A DNA stretch of 64,000 nucleotides from Dimorphilus gyrociliatus (lineage: Eukaryota; Animalia; Annelida). Made by a program: the position numbers and the translations under genes. Shown piece after piece: positions 34,401 through 47,171 of this stretch. Location: the NCBI GenBank assembly GCA_904063045.1, contig CAJFCJ010000030.1:124001-188000 (forward strand). Direction: 5' to 3'. Under the pieces are notes generated by a model, which searched no databases, had not been told where the DNA came from, and was given only the letters and a program-made list of their open reading frames with translations. The stretch's first letter is position 1, and every line of letters starts with the position of its first letter.

Positions 34401-37018
34401 ACGGAAGAAGAAACTACGTCTGAAAGTTTTAGAACTAGAAGAAAAACTAGTAGTGTTCATTATTCCAGCTATACGCCTAGAATGTTTAGTCCGATTGACT
34501 CTGATATTTCCGATACCGATAGAGAAAATTTGATTAACTATAGAAAAGAAGTAAAAATGTCTCAAAAGAGAAGAAAAAATATTGGAAATCCAACTCCTTT
34601 AAAAGGTAAACTGAGTGAGGATGAAATAAATGATTCCTCTGAAACAGTACTTTATAGAATGGCTAGCGAAAGCGATTATGATATTCGAAAAACTTCACTG
34701 AGGTCTCGAAGAGATTTATTTGAGGTGGAAAAAGAAAAGAGGAAAAGTAGTAATAGAACCAGAAAGGTTAAAAAGAGATCGGAAATTATCGGAGAATCGG
34801 ATCATGTAAAAGAATATGAGCACTTTAGAGAGTCTGAACAATCAAAAGAATCGGAATTTTCCAAAGATTCTGAGATTTCAAGAGATTCCAATTTGTCAGA
34901 AGACTCACAAGTTATGGGAGAGGTGGGACGTTCAAGAAAGTCTGGACGTAAAAAGAAATCGCAGCGTTCTAGACGTACCAAACAATCAGAACGTTCAAGA
35001 CACTTGGAGCGAACAAGACAGTCAGGGCGAACAAAGCAAACAGAGCGTAATAGAGAGTTTAGGCGTACGAGACAGTCGGAACATGCTAGAGATTCCGAAA
35101 GTTTAGGAGAGTGTGACAGTACAGAAGAGTCACATAATATAAGACAGAGAGGAGATCGAGGTGCAGCAGGATTTATGAGAGAGTCAGTTGATAGGAGGGA
35201 ATCAGGGCGTATGAGAGAGTTAGCAGGTGCAAGAGAGGGCGGACGTATGAAAGAATCGGGATATATAAGAGATTCAGGAGACACAAGGGAAGGAAGACGT
35301 ATGAAAGAGTCGGAATATATAAGAGATTCAGGAGATACAGGGGAAGGAGGATGTATAGAAGAGTCGGGATATAAAAGAGATTCAGGAAATACAAGGGAAG
35401 GAGGACGTATGAAAGAATCGGGTTGTACAAGAGAGTCAGGAGATAAGAAAGAATCAAGACATTCGAGAGGGTCAGGTGGTAGGAGAGTTACAAGAGGGCA
35501 GAAAGGCAAGACAGATTTAGAGGAGAGAAGGGAGTTATCTGGCAACAAAGAATCAGGAGAAAGGAAAAAATCAGGAACTAGAAAAGAACGGAGAGGTAGA
35601 AAAGAAACAGGAAATTTTAAGCAATCGGTGATCACAAAAGAAGATCTCGCTCTCAGTGAGTTTGAAGATATGGATGGAACAGTAATGAAAGCAACAGGTT
35701 GTGTTCGTGGGGTGGGTGTAATGCAAGAAGCAAGATGTGTAAAGGAAACTGGTGTAATTAAAGAAGCGGGTGGTCTGAAAGGAAAGGGAGCAAAAAGAGA
35801 TATATCTGATTTAAGGGAAACAAGATCAGCTAGAGGATTGAGAGCCATGAAAGAAACAGATACAGAGAGCGTTACTAGTACTACTAGTGTTCATGAGCTT
35901 AAAAAGCATTTTGAAACGAAAGGGTATTGTAAACCGACTAAAGCCACTACACTTAAAAAAAAAGATGTAAGAAATACAATCCTGTCTACCACGGCAAATA
36001 TATTTAATATGCATGGCTTAATTTTTTTATCTTACATTAACATACTTAGATTAGATTCATTTGGTTTTATAATGCATGGCTATATTCCTACAATTATCAT
36101 ACTTATTAATTGTATATTAATATCTATTTTTTGTAACAGCAAACACGAATTAAGAGTAAGTTAAGACAAGTCATCGAAAATGAATCATCGAATGTCGACT
36201 ATACACCAAACGTTAAACCATCACATTGGAGAATGAAGAAGGAAGTACCTAGATCTGCACCACATATCAATCCAGCTAGGTCAGAACCAGATTTGACTGG
36301 ATCCACCAGATTGCATAGATATCCTGTTGCGACCCCTTCGCGGCATGCAAGATCTCCTCCTCCAACGAAACCAGTATGTCTATCATATTATTCATTATAG
36401 ATTTATGTATAATATTGTCATTTACACCACTTTAGAAACCACCAAGTGGTAGTGTAAGTAGGATGCATCGTAGGTCTAAATCTACAGATACATGGATAGA
36501 CCATAAACCAGCGTGTATTGTCGAAACTACAACGGTTATGCAACCTGTTATCAAAAAGAGAAAATCTGTTACAAATTTATCCGAAAAAGATCTCAAAGCA
36601 GATAAATATGCCCTAACCCACCAAGATCTTGACTCTGATGGCGATATAAGAACGAAATTAGTAAAGGTAATTAGCTTTTTAATTAAGAACTTTAATGAAT
36701 AATTTGTTGAAATTTGAAATCTTTAGGGTGATATTGTTCGTACTCGTTCCGGTGGAAAGGCGGTTGTTTTCAATGAAGTTGAAAATATTACTCAAAAATC
36801 ACCCGGTAATCGTAAACGTCGATCAAATCAAGAAGAGAATCAAGGAATTGTCGACATCCAAGATTTGGAAGATAGATGCCATATCGGTATAGAGGGACAC
36901 GATATGCGTAGAAAGTAAGTAAATGACTTTAAAATTGAATAAAGACTTACTTTAAAAAAAATCTATTATATTTTACTGTGTTTTGTTTTAAAGGAGATCG
37001 AAAGCCTCGCAAGTTTAA
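31454..37018 (+). CDS. KIF23: Kinesin-6 family, KIF23/MKLP1 (centralspindlin motor)
   Basis: Exon 31454-31464, exon 31605-31662 and the exon starting at 31714 give [30 protein letters not shown]. The motor has YGVTSSGKT (P-loop), [11 protein letters not shown] (switch I), LVDLAGSER (switch II), [12 protein letters not shown] and MRFAQ. The tail has HRRSKS..WIDHKP..VMQP and [19 protein letters not shown] (MKLP1 Arf-binding domain). The stop is at 37016-37018. Confidence 0.96.
34203..35966 (+). repeat. 1764-bp phase 0-0 exon within KIF23 encoding a degenerate hexapeptide (18-bp) repeat tract
   Basis: Acceptor TACTAG| before 34203, donor |GTAAGA at 35967, 588 codons without a stop. From about 34794 the protein falls into 6-aa units ([24 protein letters not shown] ... 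[18 protein letters not shown]), with an 18-aa higher-order repeat at about 35235-35450. Confidence 0.75.
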
Positions 37019-40000
37019 GTTTTCAAGTCTTATACCCTACATGCTGATTTTTTTTCCTTCTACATTTTTTTCTCCTTCTCTTTGGCTATTTTTTATTATT
37101 ATTAGAATTAGTCCTTTTTTCTGTGGCTTTTTTCTTACTTTTTTTGTTCAGAGGTTAATTTTTCTTTTATACCTCATCTACTATAGTTTTGATTTAAGAA
37201 CAACTCCATTCAGTCATCTTTTTGTCAACGAATGAACATATTCAATCAACTTTAAAAGTTAAAAAATGCAATTCTTAGTCATTTATTAAACAAAACGTAT
37301 TTTTATTGAAGTTGATCATGCATTTTCCAAATTCTGGACGTTTCCGAAGATATCAAAATAATCACTTTCTCCATATCAAAAAAAACATATCTAATTGAGT
37401 ACAGAAATGATGTAATAATTTTATTGATCATTATTTATTGTTTGTTTTGTACTGATAACTGCGTTCCTTGTTGTAATAGAAGAGGAGAAATTAAAATTAC
37501 TAAACATATTAGATAAAACAAGTGCTTTGTGTTATATTGTTAGGAATTTGTATTACATAACTTGTAGAATATCTTTATTTTTCACTTCCGTAAACATATT
37601 ATATGCGAAATACTAAGTTTAGGTTTAGTACATCAAGACAAATAGTTTTTTTCTGGTATTCACATCCACTTTTATCCACAGTCCATTTAGTAAATTAAGA
37701 AAAATTTTCTCATTACGATCGCAGAGAGCGGAAAGCTTTCTTAAGATAATTTAAACTTCACTATGAGAATGCGTCTGCAAAGAGACGAAGTTTGGCCTTG
37801 AGCTAAACGAAGAAAAAAATAGTCTATTGTCAAGAAGATCCAATATATAAGAGTCGTTTTGCCTTTAATATCAATAACAGGATATGTACTGTTTTCTATG
37901 GGCTATTTACACATAACATTTGTCATCTAAATCGGATCAATGAGCTATTATTGCAGAAGAAAGTAAACTTTTCTTATTAATTAAATATGTATTAACAACT
38001 TTTTTCGAGAAGAAAGCTACGTTTAAAACTACATGAGAAACATTTAACTCTAAATGCCATTGGTTATAAGAGATACAAACAAAACGTACCTCCTAAAGTT
38101 TTATACATTTATTACTATCATTGCGTGACATAAACTTTTTATAGTGTAGTTATATATAGCAGGTAAGATTTTTCCTGGAACTAATTTACTCCTATTAAGT
38201 ATTAAATTCTCCAGTATAAAGTAACAATTTCTTTTAGGTGAAAGATATATTATATATAAATATTATATATTAACATCAAATCTGTAATCGATATGTTTTT
38301 TTTTTCAGTGATATTTCGATTAGTCGTTTAGTTTTAAAGGCGTAATATCGTACAACATTCTACGTTGATTGGTTGAAACTTCGAACCAATGTTAAAGCTA
38401 TGTAACTTCGGACTCGCTTTCAATAAACTAGAAATATATTCAACATGTATATCTTCAATTACAAGATATTAAATATATTAACTATACTTTTACTTTAATG
38501 CTAGGATAGGAATTTGGTTACTTGATTAACCAACAGGGCTTTTGAACTATTCTCCGTATAAGGAAAGCTATAACGCACATCATTCTTCATCTCTCGTCGG
38601 AGGCATTTTTCAAATTAAAATATTTCTGTTATCTTCGATTATAGAACTCTCACTTTCGTATTTTTATAGAATTCCGAAATATTAATATTTTAACGAAATA
38701 TCTAGAGAGTCTTTGTTCTTTTTTTTTACTGTTATATTCTTTTTGATCTTTCTATTTTAGACTTTGAATGCGAAAATTTGAATAACTATAGTTTATAGCA
38801 TATAAAAATAACCAATAAAACCATAATCAAAAGTCTTATTATTTGTTAACAAGAACTGAATTGATACTAACGACAAGGTTTTTGTCTTGTTGAATTGTAC
38901 AATAGACAAAATCTTTAGATAGCCATAAGACTTTTTATGGCAATGATCAATTTGGATGACAGCAATTTGTTTCGACAAGCACTATCTTATTGGTTTTATA
39001 TCGAATCTATTTCTGTATACTGGATTATATTAGTATTAATAAAATAATCGTTCATATTCGAAATATCGACTAATAAACTTCCAAGATATAAATCTCTTTT
39101 AGATATCTTAATCATAATTATTTCCCTCTGCTTTGTAAGATTCTGTAATATCGTAGGTTCTGGTTCAGTGAACAAGACAAAAGGTTACGACCTACTCCGT
39201 GCTGAAATGCATATTTCAAGAATCTGTTTTAGTTTACATCAATATTGTTATTTACAAAAAGTAGATTTTTTTTATATCATTCCCTTAATCAATATAGCAT
39301 CTTTTCCAACCGATTTCTGGCATCCTGATTGAAAAAATTATATAGAATTAAAGTATTTTAAGCAAGGACAATAGAGTACATTTTTAAAGAGAGAATCAAT
39401 AATTGTTTTGTTTCTTTTAAAAGAAATTATCAACATAAAAATGTTGTTTAACTAACAATACAAAAATTATATTAATTAATTATTATAATTACAAAATTTT
39501 CTTTCCTTCAAAAATAATTCAATTGGAATGTTAAATTTCAAATGTTTACAACTAATTTAACACAACGAAATTGAATTTTTTCCAAACAAGTGGATTCTAT
39601 AATTGTAATTTATTTATTGTTTTTACTATACTTAGTATTATTAAGGTTGTAGAGATATTTGGAGGTAAAATATATACTCTTTTCTAGAGTTCTTTTGAAT
39701 AAATGATTCTTCAAAGTTGTATAGTTTAACCTTTTTCTTATTAATATTTAACGTAAATATATATGTTATATAAAGTTATTTCTGCTGTTAAGTTTATAAG
39801 TCATTCTATAGTTTTCGTTCCTAGTTAATATTTATTCTCAATCTCTTTTAGGAACTAAGATTGTGTTTGTTTCCATTGACTGAAACTCTTACTTCTTGAG
39901 CAAATGATAAAATGATACTATCTTTTAGTCATTCTCTAAACTTCTAGTTTGGATGCTTTAGCATTCTACTATTGAAACGATTGGATTCAGTTTAAATAGA

Positions 40001-41003
40001 TTTAAATATTCTATAGATAAAAATAACTTTTCTTCTTTAAAATAGTAGAATTAATTATATCTAATGTCCATACATCTAATATTGACACTAACTGATATAA
40101 ATGTTTGAATGCAGATATCTAATTCTAAGACAATATGCTTACATGTCTTTTGTTAAAAAATTAAAGAAACTCTCATCTAAAACTAGCAATATTTCATAAT
40201 GTTTACAGAATTTGGCTTTATATTTCTTGGAAAGGGTCATTGATATGTCACGATTAAAAGCATCTAATTTGATGTGAGTACTCTTTAATTTCCGATTCCA
40301 GTAAATTTCTAAGAATGTATACTGAAAATCGATTTACTGTGCATACCAAAGTGTATACTTTTTATATTAACTAAATCAAGTAATCAATATATTAACGCAG
40401 CCAGCATTTGAGCATTTCAGGAGGTTGGTGATTTTAATTGGTGATAGGATTATTTATAGAAAAACAATAGTGTTCTCCATCATAAAAATTATTTAGAATT
40501 TCTATATATGTATCAACATTTTTATATTAACATTGGAAAACTATAACATTTTCAAGATTGATAAAAGTAATCACTTTATGTCTTGAAAGAAGGTTAATTA
40601 GGGCAAAAAAAGAATCAAGTCTTTTATTTTTTATAATATTGTTTTGAGACATTTAATCCTTAATATGGGACATGATGAATAATAGGTTAAATACGCTTGT
40701 TCAATTTTGTTTCGTTTTCATCTAAAGTGTCAAGTTATATGTTTATTTTAATTGAAAAATCTGTAAAAAAGTTAAACATTCAAAGCATTTAAAATACTTG
40801 ATTTAAGATGGATCACAGTTAAGACTTATTTACTGTATACATTATACACTTAAGATGAGTACTATGTACTTTTTTATTTTTAAATATAAAAATAACTCCC
40901 CCTGGTGTAAGAATATTAACTTTTCCACTTTAATTGCACGGTAATGCCTGAATGTGATTGTTTGAAAGTATTTACTAAGTAAATAGTTCAAAATTTCAGA
41001 AAA

Positions 41004-42021
41004 ATGGCATTCAATTCCATATTAACATGGAAGTTCTTGTGCATATGTATGGTTGGATTAAGTATCTTGGCTCTGGTCTCGTTTCCCCCTCGTAATCCTA
41101 TTCCAACAACTACATTGATATTCGGCTCAGATAGAAGCTCTAGAGTGAAAACTTTCGATCTAACGAGTCGAAATAATGAAGTATACCAATGTCTACCACT
41201 TGTTCAGGCAGACATGGCAAAAATGTGCCTCTACAATGAGTCGTATATATCATCATTATTGAGGAATAATAACAAACATATATTTGATAAGGAAAATTTT
41301 GATACTTTATCAAAATTGCTTCAAAGCAATCCAGATGCAGGTTGGTAGATTATAAATATAAATTGCATTCAATTTACAAAGTATCTAATTATAATAATGC
41401 CATTTTGTTTTTACTTTAGGATTTATTGACATTGGAGCAAATTTAGGTCTATATACCATCTTTGTTTCTAAATTATATCAGAGACGCGTAGTAGCTGTTG
41501 AACCATTCCCTCCAGTAATTAAAAGATTTCAAAAGTCGCTTCAAATAAATGGGTTAACTGATTATGTAACACTTATAACAAACCCTATCAGCGACAGTCG
41601 AAAAACAAAATTCTTCCACCTACAAAAGGGAAATGTTGGCCAGAATAAACTTGCGACTGCTTATGAGAGATCTAATAAACCTATGTTGAGAGTAGAGACC
41701 ATAGTTATGGATGATATAGTCAGATTCATACCATTTAAAAGTGCTATTATGAAAATTGATGTAGAAGGTGAAGAGTCTAGAGCATTTAGTGAAGCAAGTG
41801 AATTGATTACGAGAATAGATGTTGTGGCAATTCTTATGGAATGGAGGCATGTTAAGTTGAGACAAGATGGAAATAGTGTTCAACTCATGTCAAAATTCCT
41901 TTATCTAATGACAACGAATGACTATTTGCCTTATTCAATGACTCAACAACCATTATCATACGGATCATGGGACAAATGGCCAATAGACGTTGTTTTCAAA
42001 AAGCGATCAATTTCATTTTAA
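41004..42021 (+). CDS. FkbM-family (Methyltransf_21-like) SAM-dependent methyltransferase with an N-terminal membrane anchor
   Basis: Exons 41004-41340 and 41420-42021 join to give ...NPDAGFIDIGANLGLYTIF..VVAVEPF...MKIDVEGEE..., matching the FkbM motifs DxGAN, AxEP and KIDVEG. The hydrophobic segment FLCICMVGLSILALVSF lies near the N-terminus. Confidence 0.88.
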
Positions 42022-42356
42022 TAGTACTGACAAACTAAGTTATCTTTAATAAATTCTATAAACCAAACTTATTAATTTATACATATATACATAGGAATTT
42101 TGTTTTTTAATCATTATCTATCTCTTCTATTCTAATATGGCAGAACTTTTATTGAACAACAGAATTAATCGAACTTTCGCGTATTTATGGATTTTTTTCG
42201 AATTCATTAATCAGCATATATCTATTTCATCACCAGTTGTGTCTTCTCTTAGCCTTTCTTCGATTGTTTTTCAAGCCAGCTTGAAGAACATCTTGAACAG
42301 TGATAAATTTATAATTCTTATAATCAATAACTGGGACATTTTTTTTTAAACTAAGC

Positions 42357-42360
<4 letters not shown>

Positions 42361-42400
<40 letters not shown>
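42361..42400. repeat. (TA)n microsatellite
   Basis: Perfect AT run. Confidence 0.95.
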
Positions 42401-42404
<4 letters not shown>

Positions 42405-44416
42405 GCATAATGTAAACGAATCTGTAAACCGGTTGTTGTCTCATCGAGAAAGAAGCACTAATTATAAATAAGTCCTAAATTTCTAACAATACTTTGGCTT
42501 TAACATAGATTAATAGCATCTTAGAATTTTAGTGTCTTTTGAACAATTTAAGCAATCCGCATAAAAGCCTAGGCACAAATTATTGAAAAGCTATTTAATA
42601 GGACTCATAAAAAATAACAAGAATTATAATCTATTTTATGGGACATCTTGAAAAGAAGCTACTTTAATGTATTCAATATATATTCTATCTAGAAAAAATG
42701 ATACGTTTTTAATTAATGGATATCGAACGGAAGATCAACGTGGACCAAAGAAAGCTGGTAATTTGTAAAGGAGAATAAGTTAAGCCAACTTTGTGAGTGG
42801 AAGTTATTGTATCTAGTCAAGATTGTTTAGCGATAAAGCGAACTAATAATTCTAGAACTGTGCTTGCCTATCTTTCTGCAAATATGTTTTGTGGCCTCTA
42901 TTTTTAAAACATAAAATTCCATCTCTTATTAGTATAATAGAGAGAAAAAGAACACACAATGAATAATTACCATGAGCTAAGATATGATTGAAAGAAAGGT
43001 ACTATAATTTATTAAGTAACATACGTCCATATTTTCCCTCATCATTGGCGGGTTATCTCACAGAGAATCTCGAGCTTAACATATCGATTAGTATAGTATA
43101 TTGATTGACTATATACTTCAGTCAGGAAGTTAAACTTAAATTCTATTACAGGTGCCAAACTTCCCAAAATTGGAAGATATATGACATATATATAACTAAT
43201 TAATTAATTTTATATAATATTTATTGAAAAGTTCCTACTAAAATCTTCATATTATGTAATCATCTAGTAAATTCCATATATTTTATATACTATAAATTGT
43301 GATAAAGAAAATTTATCTACGTTAATTCTCATCATATTTCCAAGTACATCAACACTTCCATCGAATAGTTTATAATATTTGATATAATCACAGTTGCTTG
43401 ATGTATAGATAGATGTTGGAAGAGCACACGGAATCCTAGCTACTTAAACTTGAGTTAAGATTAGGGGAGATCAACAGATGCTTTGGATGAAACCTAAAGG
43501 AATAAGTATTACCAGATTATCTATAAAGACGTTCTACGATACAGTGTCTTAAAAACACAATCTAATTGTAAATTTACAAAAATTCTCGAAACATATTATT
43601 ATTAACTGAGGATGTGATGTAAATATTTGAAATTCAGAATTAAAAACGTGTTTGTTGACAAAGAAATAACATCAACTTAAACCTATATTTAGATTTGTTA
43701 GCTAGGTATCTTTTTACAAACCACTAGTAAGCGTTTTCAAATCACAAATTTATCTTATCTTTATAAAAAAAAGATTTCTATAATCAAAAGATAAAGAAAA
43801 AAGATTTAAAGCCATAAAGAAATATTACTTCTTTCTCTTATAGACCTATTCTACAAATCAATCATTCTCTATTTTCCAATTAATCTTGGAGATTATACTA
43901 AAAAAATTTCTTATATAGTCTACTTATTGATTTATGCCACACGAGGACGCGATAAGTAGGAGCGTTTAAATTTATTATTATTCCATACTTTCTAAAAATA
44001 CTGTATTATCAATATGAAGGTATTTTGCAGGGAATTTCAAGGAAAATAAAAGATTACAATAAATTCCTAATCACTCAGAAATCTAATTAATTATTTATAG
44101 AAGGATATTTGATAAATCACCGAGTGATAATCATTGAACACGGTCAGTCAACACAGTCAAGAGACAGGCGTCAAATATTTCATCTACTTTTCTTTTTTAA
44201 AGTGGAAAGTGTAATAATGTTATAACATTATATAAAACTGCTTGAAACAAAACAGCTTATTAATAATTTAGTCAAGTTAAACATCAATGATGTTAATGTT
44301 ATACAAGGAAAATGAATTAGAGTCTAACGTTCTAACCGTTTTTTATATTTTATATAACAAAACATAGAGGAAATTTGAATATTACAGAAAAAAACATTCT
44401 ATTATTAATTATTATC

Positions 44417-46043
44417 TTAATCCTTTTTAGATTTTTTGAAAAATCTTAAACAACATTTCATTAAACAGAAAACAATTAGCTTTTTCATTAACCAAACAAT
44501 TAAAAGACATATAATTAATGCAATTAGCAATAAATCTAAATTATAAAGTTTATATGTTGGCATATCTATTGCTGAATGTCTCAAATGACTACCTCCAAAC
44601 TCTAATACATGTTCAATCCAATATACAGCATTCTCTAGTGGCGTAGGTTTCTGAGACTTGATAAGACTAGAAACTCGTTCTGCAGATATTTTATATGCAT
44701 TAGATTGCAGCATCTTTGCAATATACTCTTGAAGGAATGTCAAATCTTTTGTATGAAATGGTAGAAGTTCCAACATTCCATGCCTTTTCACTCGAATTGA
44801 GTTGTCCGTGCTATCCATAGGCATTGGAATAACTAACATAGGAGTTCCATGATACATTGCTTCGTAAACAGAATTTAAGCCACCGTGTGATATGAACAGG
44901 GCACAATTTTTCTTAGATAAAAGGTATGCTTGTGGAACCCATTTAAAAATATGAATATTTGGATAATCTTTATCTAAACTACATTTTAATGACCAAATCC
45001 ATTGAACATCTGGAAACTTAACAAGACTTTTACGTATGTCGTCTAATAAACTTGGATGATTGCAAAAATTCAAAGTACTGCCAAAGACAACTATGCCGAA
45101 TCTGTAAAATATGTGTAACTTGTCTATAGAAAACGTTCATTAATCAGCAATAGGTGTAAATTATTTACCTTTTAGATGTAATTTCCTCAATTTTAGGATC
45201 AATATCTGTCTTCTTCACAGGTTGAAATGCTAACATACCACCAATGTATATTATATTTGGGGTCAGAGGTCTAGGAAATTCAAAAATATTGTTTGAATTC
45301 ATAAAAAACAGTTCCGACTGTTTTCGAATTTGTGATATACTTTTGCCAGGTGAAATTTGTAATTCTGCTTTCAATTTCTCAAAGTTTTTATCTAATTTTG
45401 TTAAAAAATAGGACAAAAATAAACTGGAAATAACACTTTTCGCCCTGTCAGTTATTGTCATTTTATCTGTTAAAGAACTCATAAAAGGAGGAACCCAAGA
45501 CATTGGTGAAGGAACAACAGCTTCTGAATATGTTATGTATGAAGAACATTCAAACATAATAAACGGTTTTTTATACATTTCTGCTAAAATAAACCCACAA
45601 AAGTAAAAGTGATCGATAATTAATAAATCGAATTCTTCTAGTCTTTTCTTCATTGATGAATCTCTCAACATTTCTCTACAATCTTCAATTAAGCCGTTCC
45701 AAATAATTTTTCCATATTCATCCAAGGCAAACATTGAGATATTTTGATATAGCAAATCAACGGAAGACTTTTTTATAGTCTCTCCAATGATCTCAACTGT
45801 TTCATCCGATAGCGGAGAAGCGACATCAAAGAATGAGATATTTCCAGGATTATCTATTCGAACAGTTCCTTGACGCGAAATGCTAACATCGTGGCCAGCC
45901 TCAATCAACCCTTTTCCAAGGACAACCATATTATCTGCGTGACTCTTGGAAGCATACTTTGTAACTGGAGGTGTTAAAAGTAAAATATTCGACGCCGAAC
46001 CTAAAATTGCTAGGTGGCTAATAAACAATATTGCCTTAAACAT
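44417..46043 (-). CDS. UGT: UDP-glycosyltransferase (UGT / UDP-glucuronosyltransferase family)
   Basis: ATG 46043 gives signal peptide MFKAILFISHLAILGSAS. Exons are 46043-45169 and 45101-44417. The catalytic His is in SKSH, followed by FPRPLTPNIIYIGG, the signature WVPQAYLL..FISHGGLNSVYEAMYHGTPM, A.YWIEHV, a C-terminal TM helix and a dilysine-type tail KKSKKD. Confidence 0.95.
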
Positions 46044-47171
46044 CGATTTGATAACTGGTCGGTCTTGTTTAAAGAGTACTATGAATACTATTACTGCTGG
46101 CAACAACCTTTATATGATAGCCGAAGTTTTATCTAGACAAGATGTTTTTCTTACAGGCCTACGTTATTTTATCAGCTGATTGTGAAATATTCACTTATTT
46201 AGTGAAGATAAAATAGTTAAAAATTTCTCTTAGTTGTGCAATAAGACGGGTTTTAAATTGTTCAACTCTGAAGAATATTGTCCATTTCCTAATCTAATTT
46301 AAAGTCAAGGAAAAGCAATATAAATGAATTTAACAGATGCATAATGTCATATATTTGTTCTTAAAGTCAATTATTATGCATTTTCTAACAGTTTATGACA
46401 ATTTCTAACGTCTTTTTTATTAATAAATAACTATGCAGAACGTAATCTGCAATGTTTCTTAAATAAAGTCTACTCGTTAAAGATTAATAAATATTTAATG
46501 TATGACTTTGCAGACCACTATTTTATATAGACTTTACTCATTAATACTTAAATTACTAAAAAGAAATCGAATGATTGAGGAGTAACAAAAGGATTCATGC
46601 GGAACGTAAAGCTGCTGGATAATCATGTAAATTGGTAATCTCTTGTGCATATTATATCCCTTGACTCAGTCACGTTTCACTTACAGTCTTATCATTAGGA
46701 GAAATAATGAAATTATGCTTTTACAATGTATAATTATTTATTTTAATTAAAAAGATATATTAATGATCTATCTGAGAAAACTTTTCATTTTTTAATATTA
46801 TTAATTTCATTTGTATATTGAAAAGAGCGATATTAAACGTGGCGTATACGTAGATACTTTTTAACAGTGTTAAAGACATTGTAGCTTTGACATTTGTTAT
46901 ATAAATAACTAATTCTAGTACAGTAAATCTTTGTTTTATAACGGGGGAAAAACTGATTATACCTTTCATAAGAAAAAATTGAAAATGTACCGCAGAGTTG
47001 ACATCTGTCTCTTCAATTTGTTGATGGATCGTGTTCGATAGCTACTTTTTAGGGATTTTTATTGTCTTTAAATAAGAAAAAATTCATTAGTTTTTCATTA
47101 GTAGAAGATATAGAGTCGAAGAGAGAACGAGGAAATATAATAATTATAATAAAAGCATTTTAAAAAGTGCA

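Noticed and set aside
34802-35848. 348-aa antisense ORF opposite the KIF23 cassette exon
   Set aside because: It mirrors the 18-bp repeat on the sense strand (S/P/L/D-rich shadow) and has no independent gene signals.
37400-40460. Coding-like patches on both strands downstream of KIF23 (for example a 40209-40273 mini-exon and LRR-like snippets)
   Set aside because: Every frame is interrupted by stops within about 60 codons and no domain was identifiable. A short-exon gene or pseudogene cannot be excluded without RNA-seq.
42640-43560. Short open frames between the methyltransferase and the UGT (for example RIPCALPTSIYTSSNCDYIKYYKLFDG on the minus strand)
   Set aside because: Isolated fragments without compatible splice partners.
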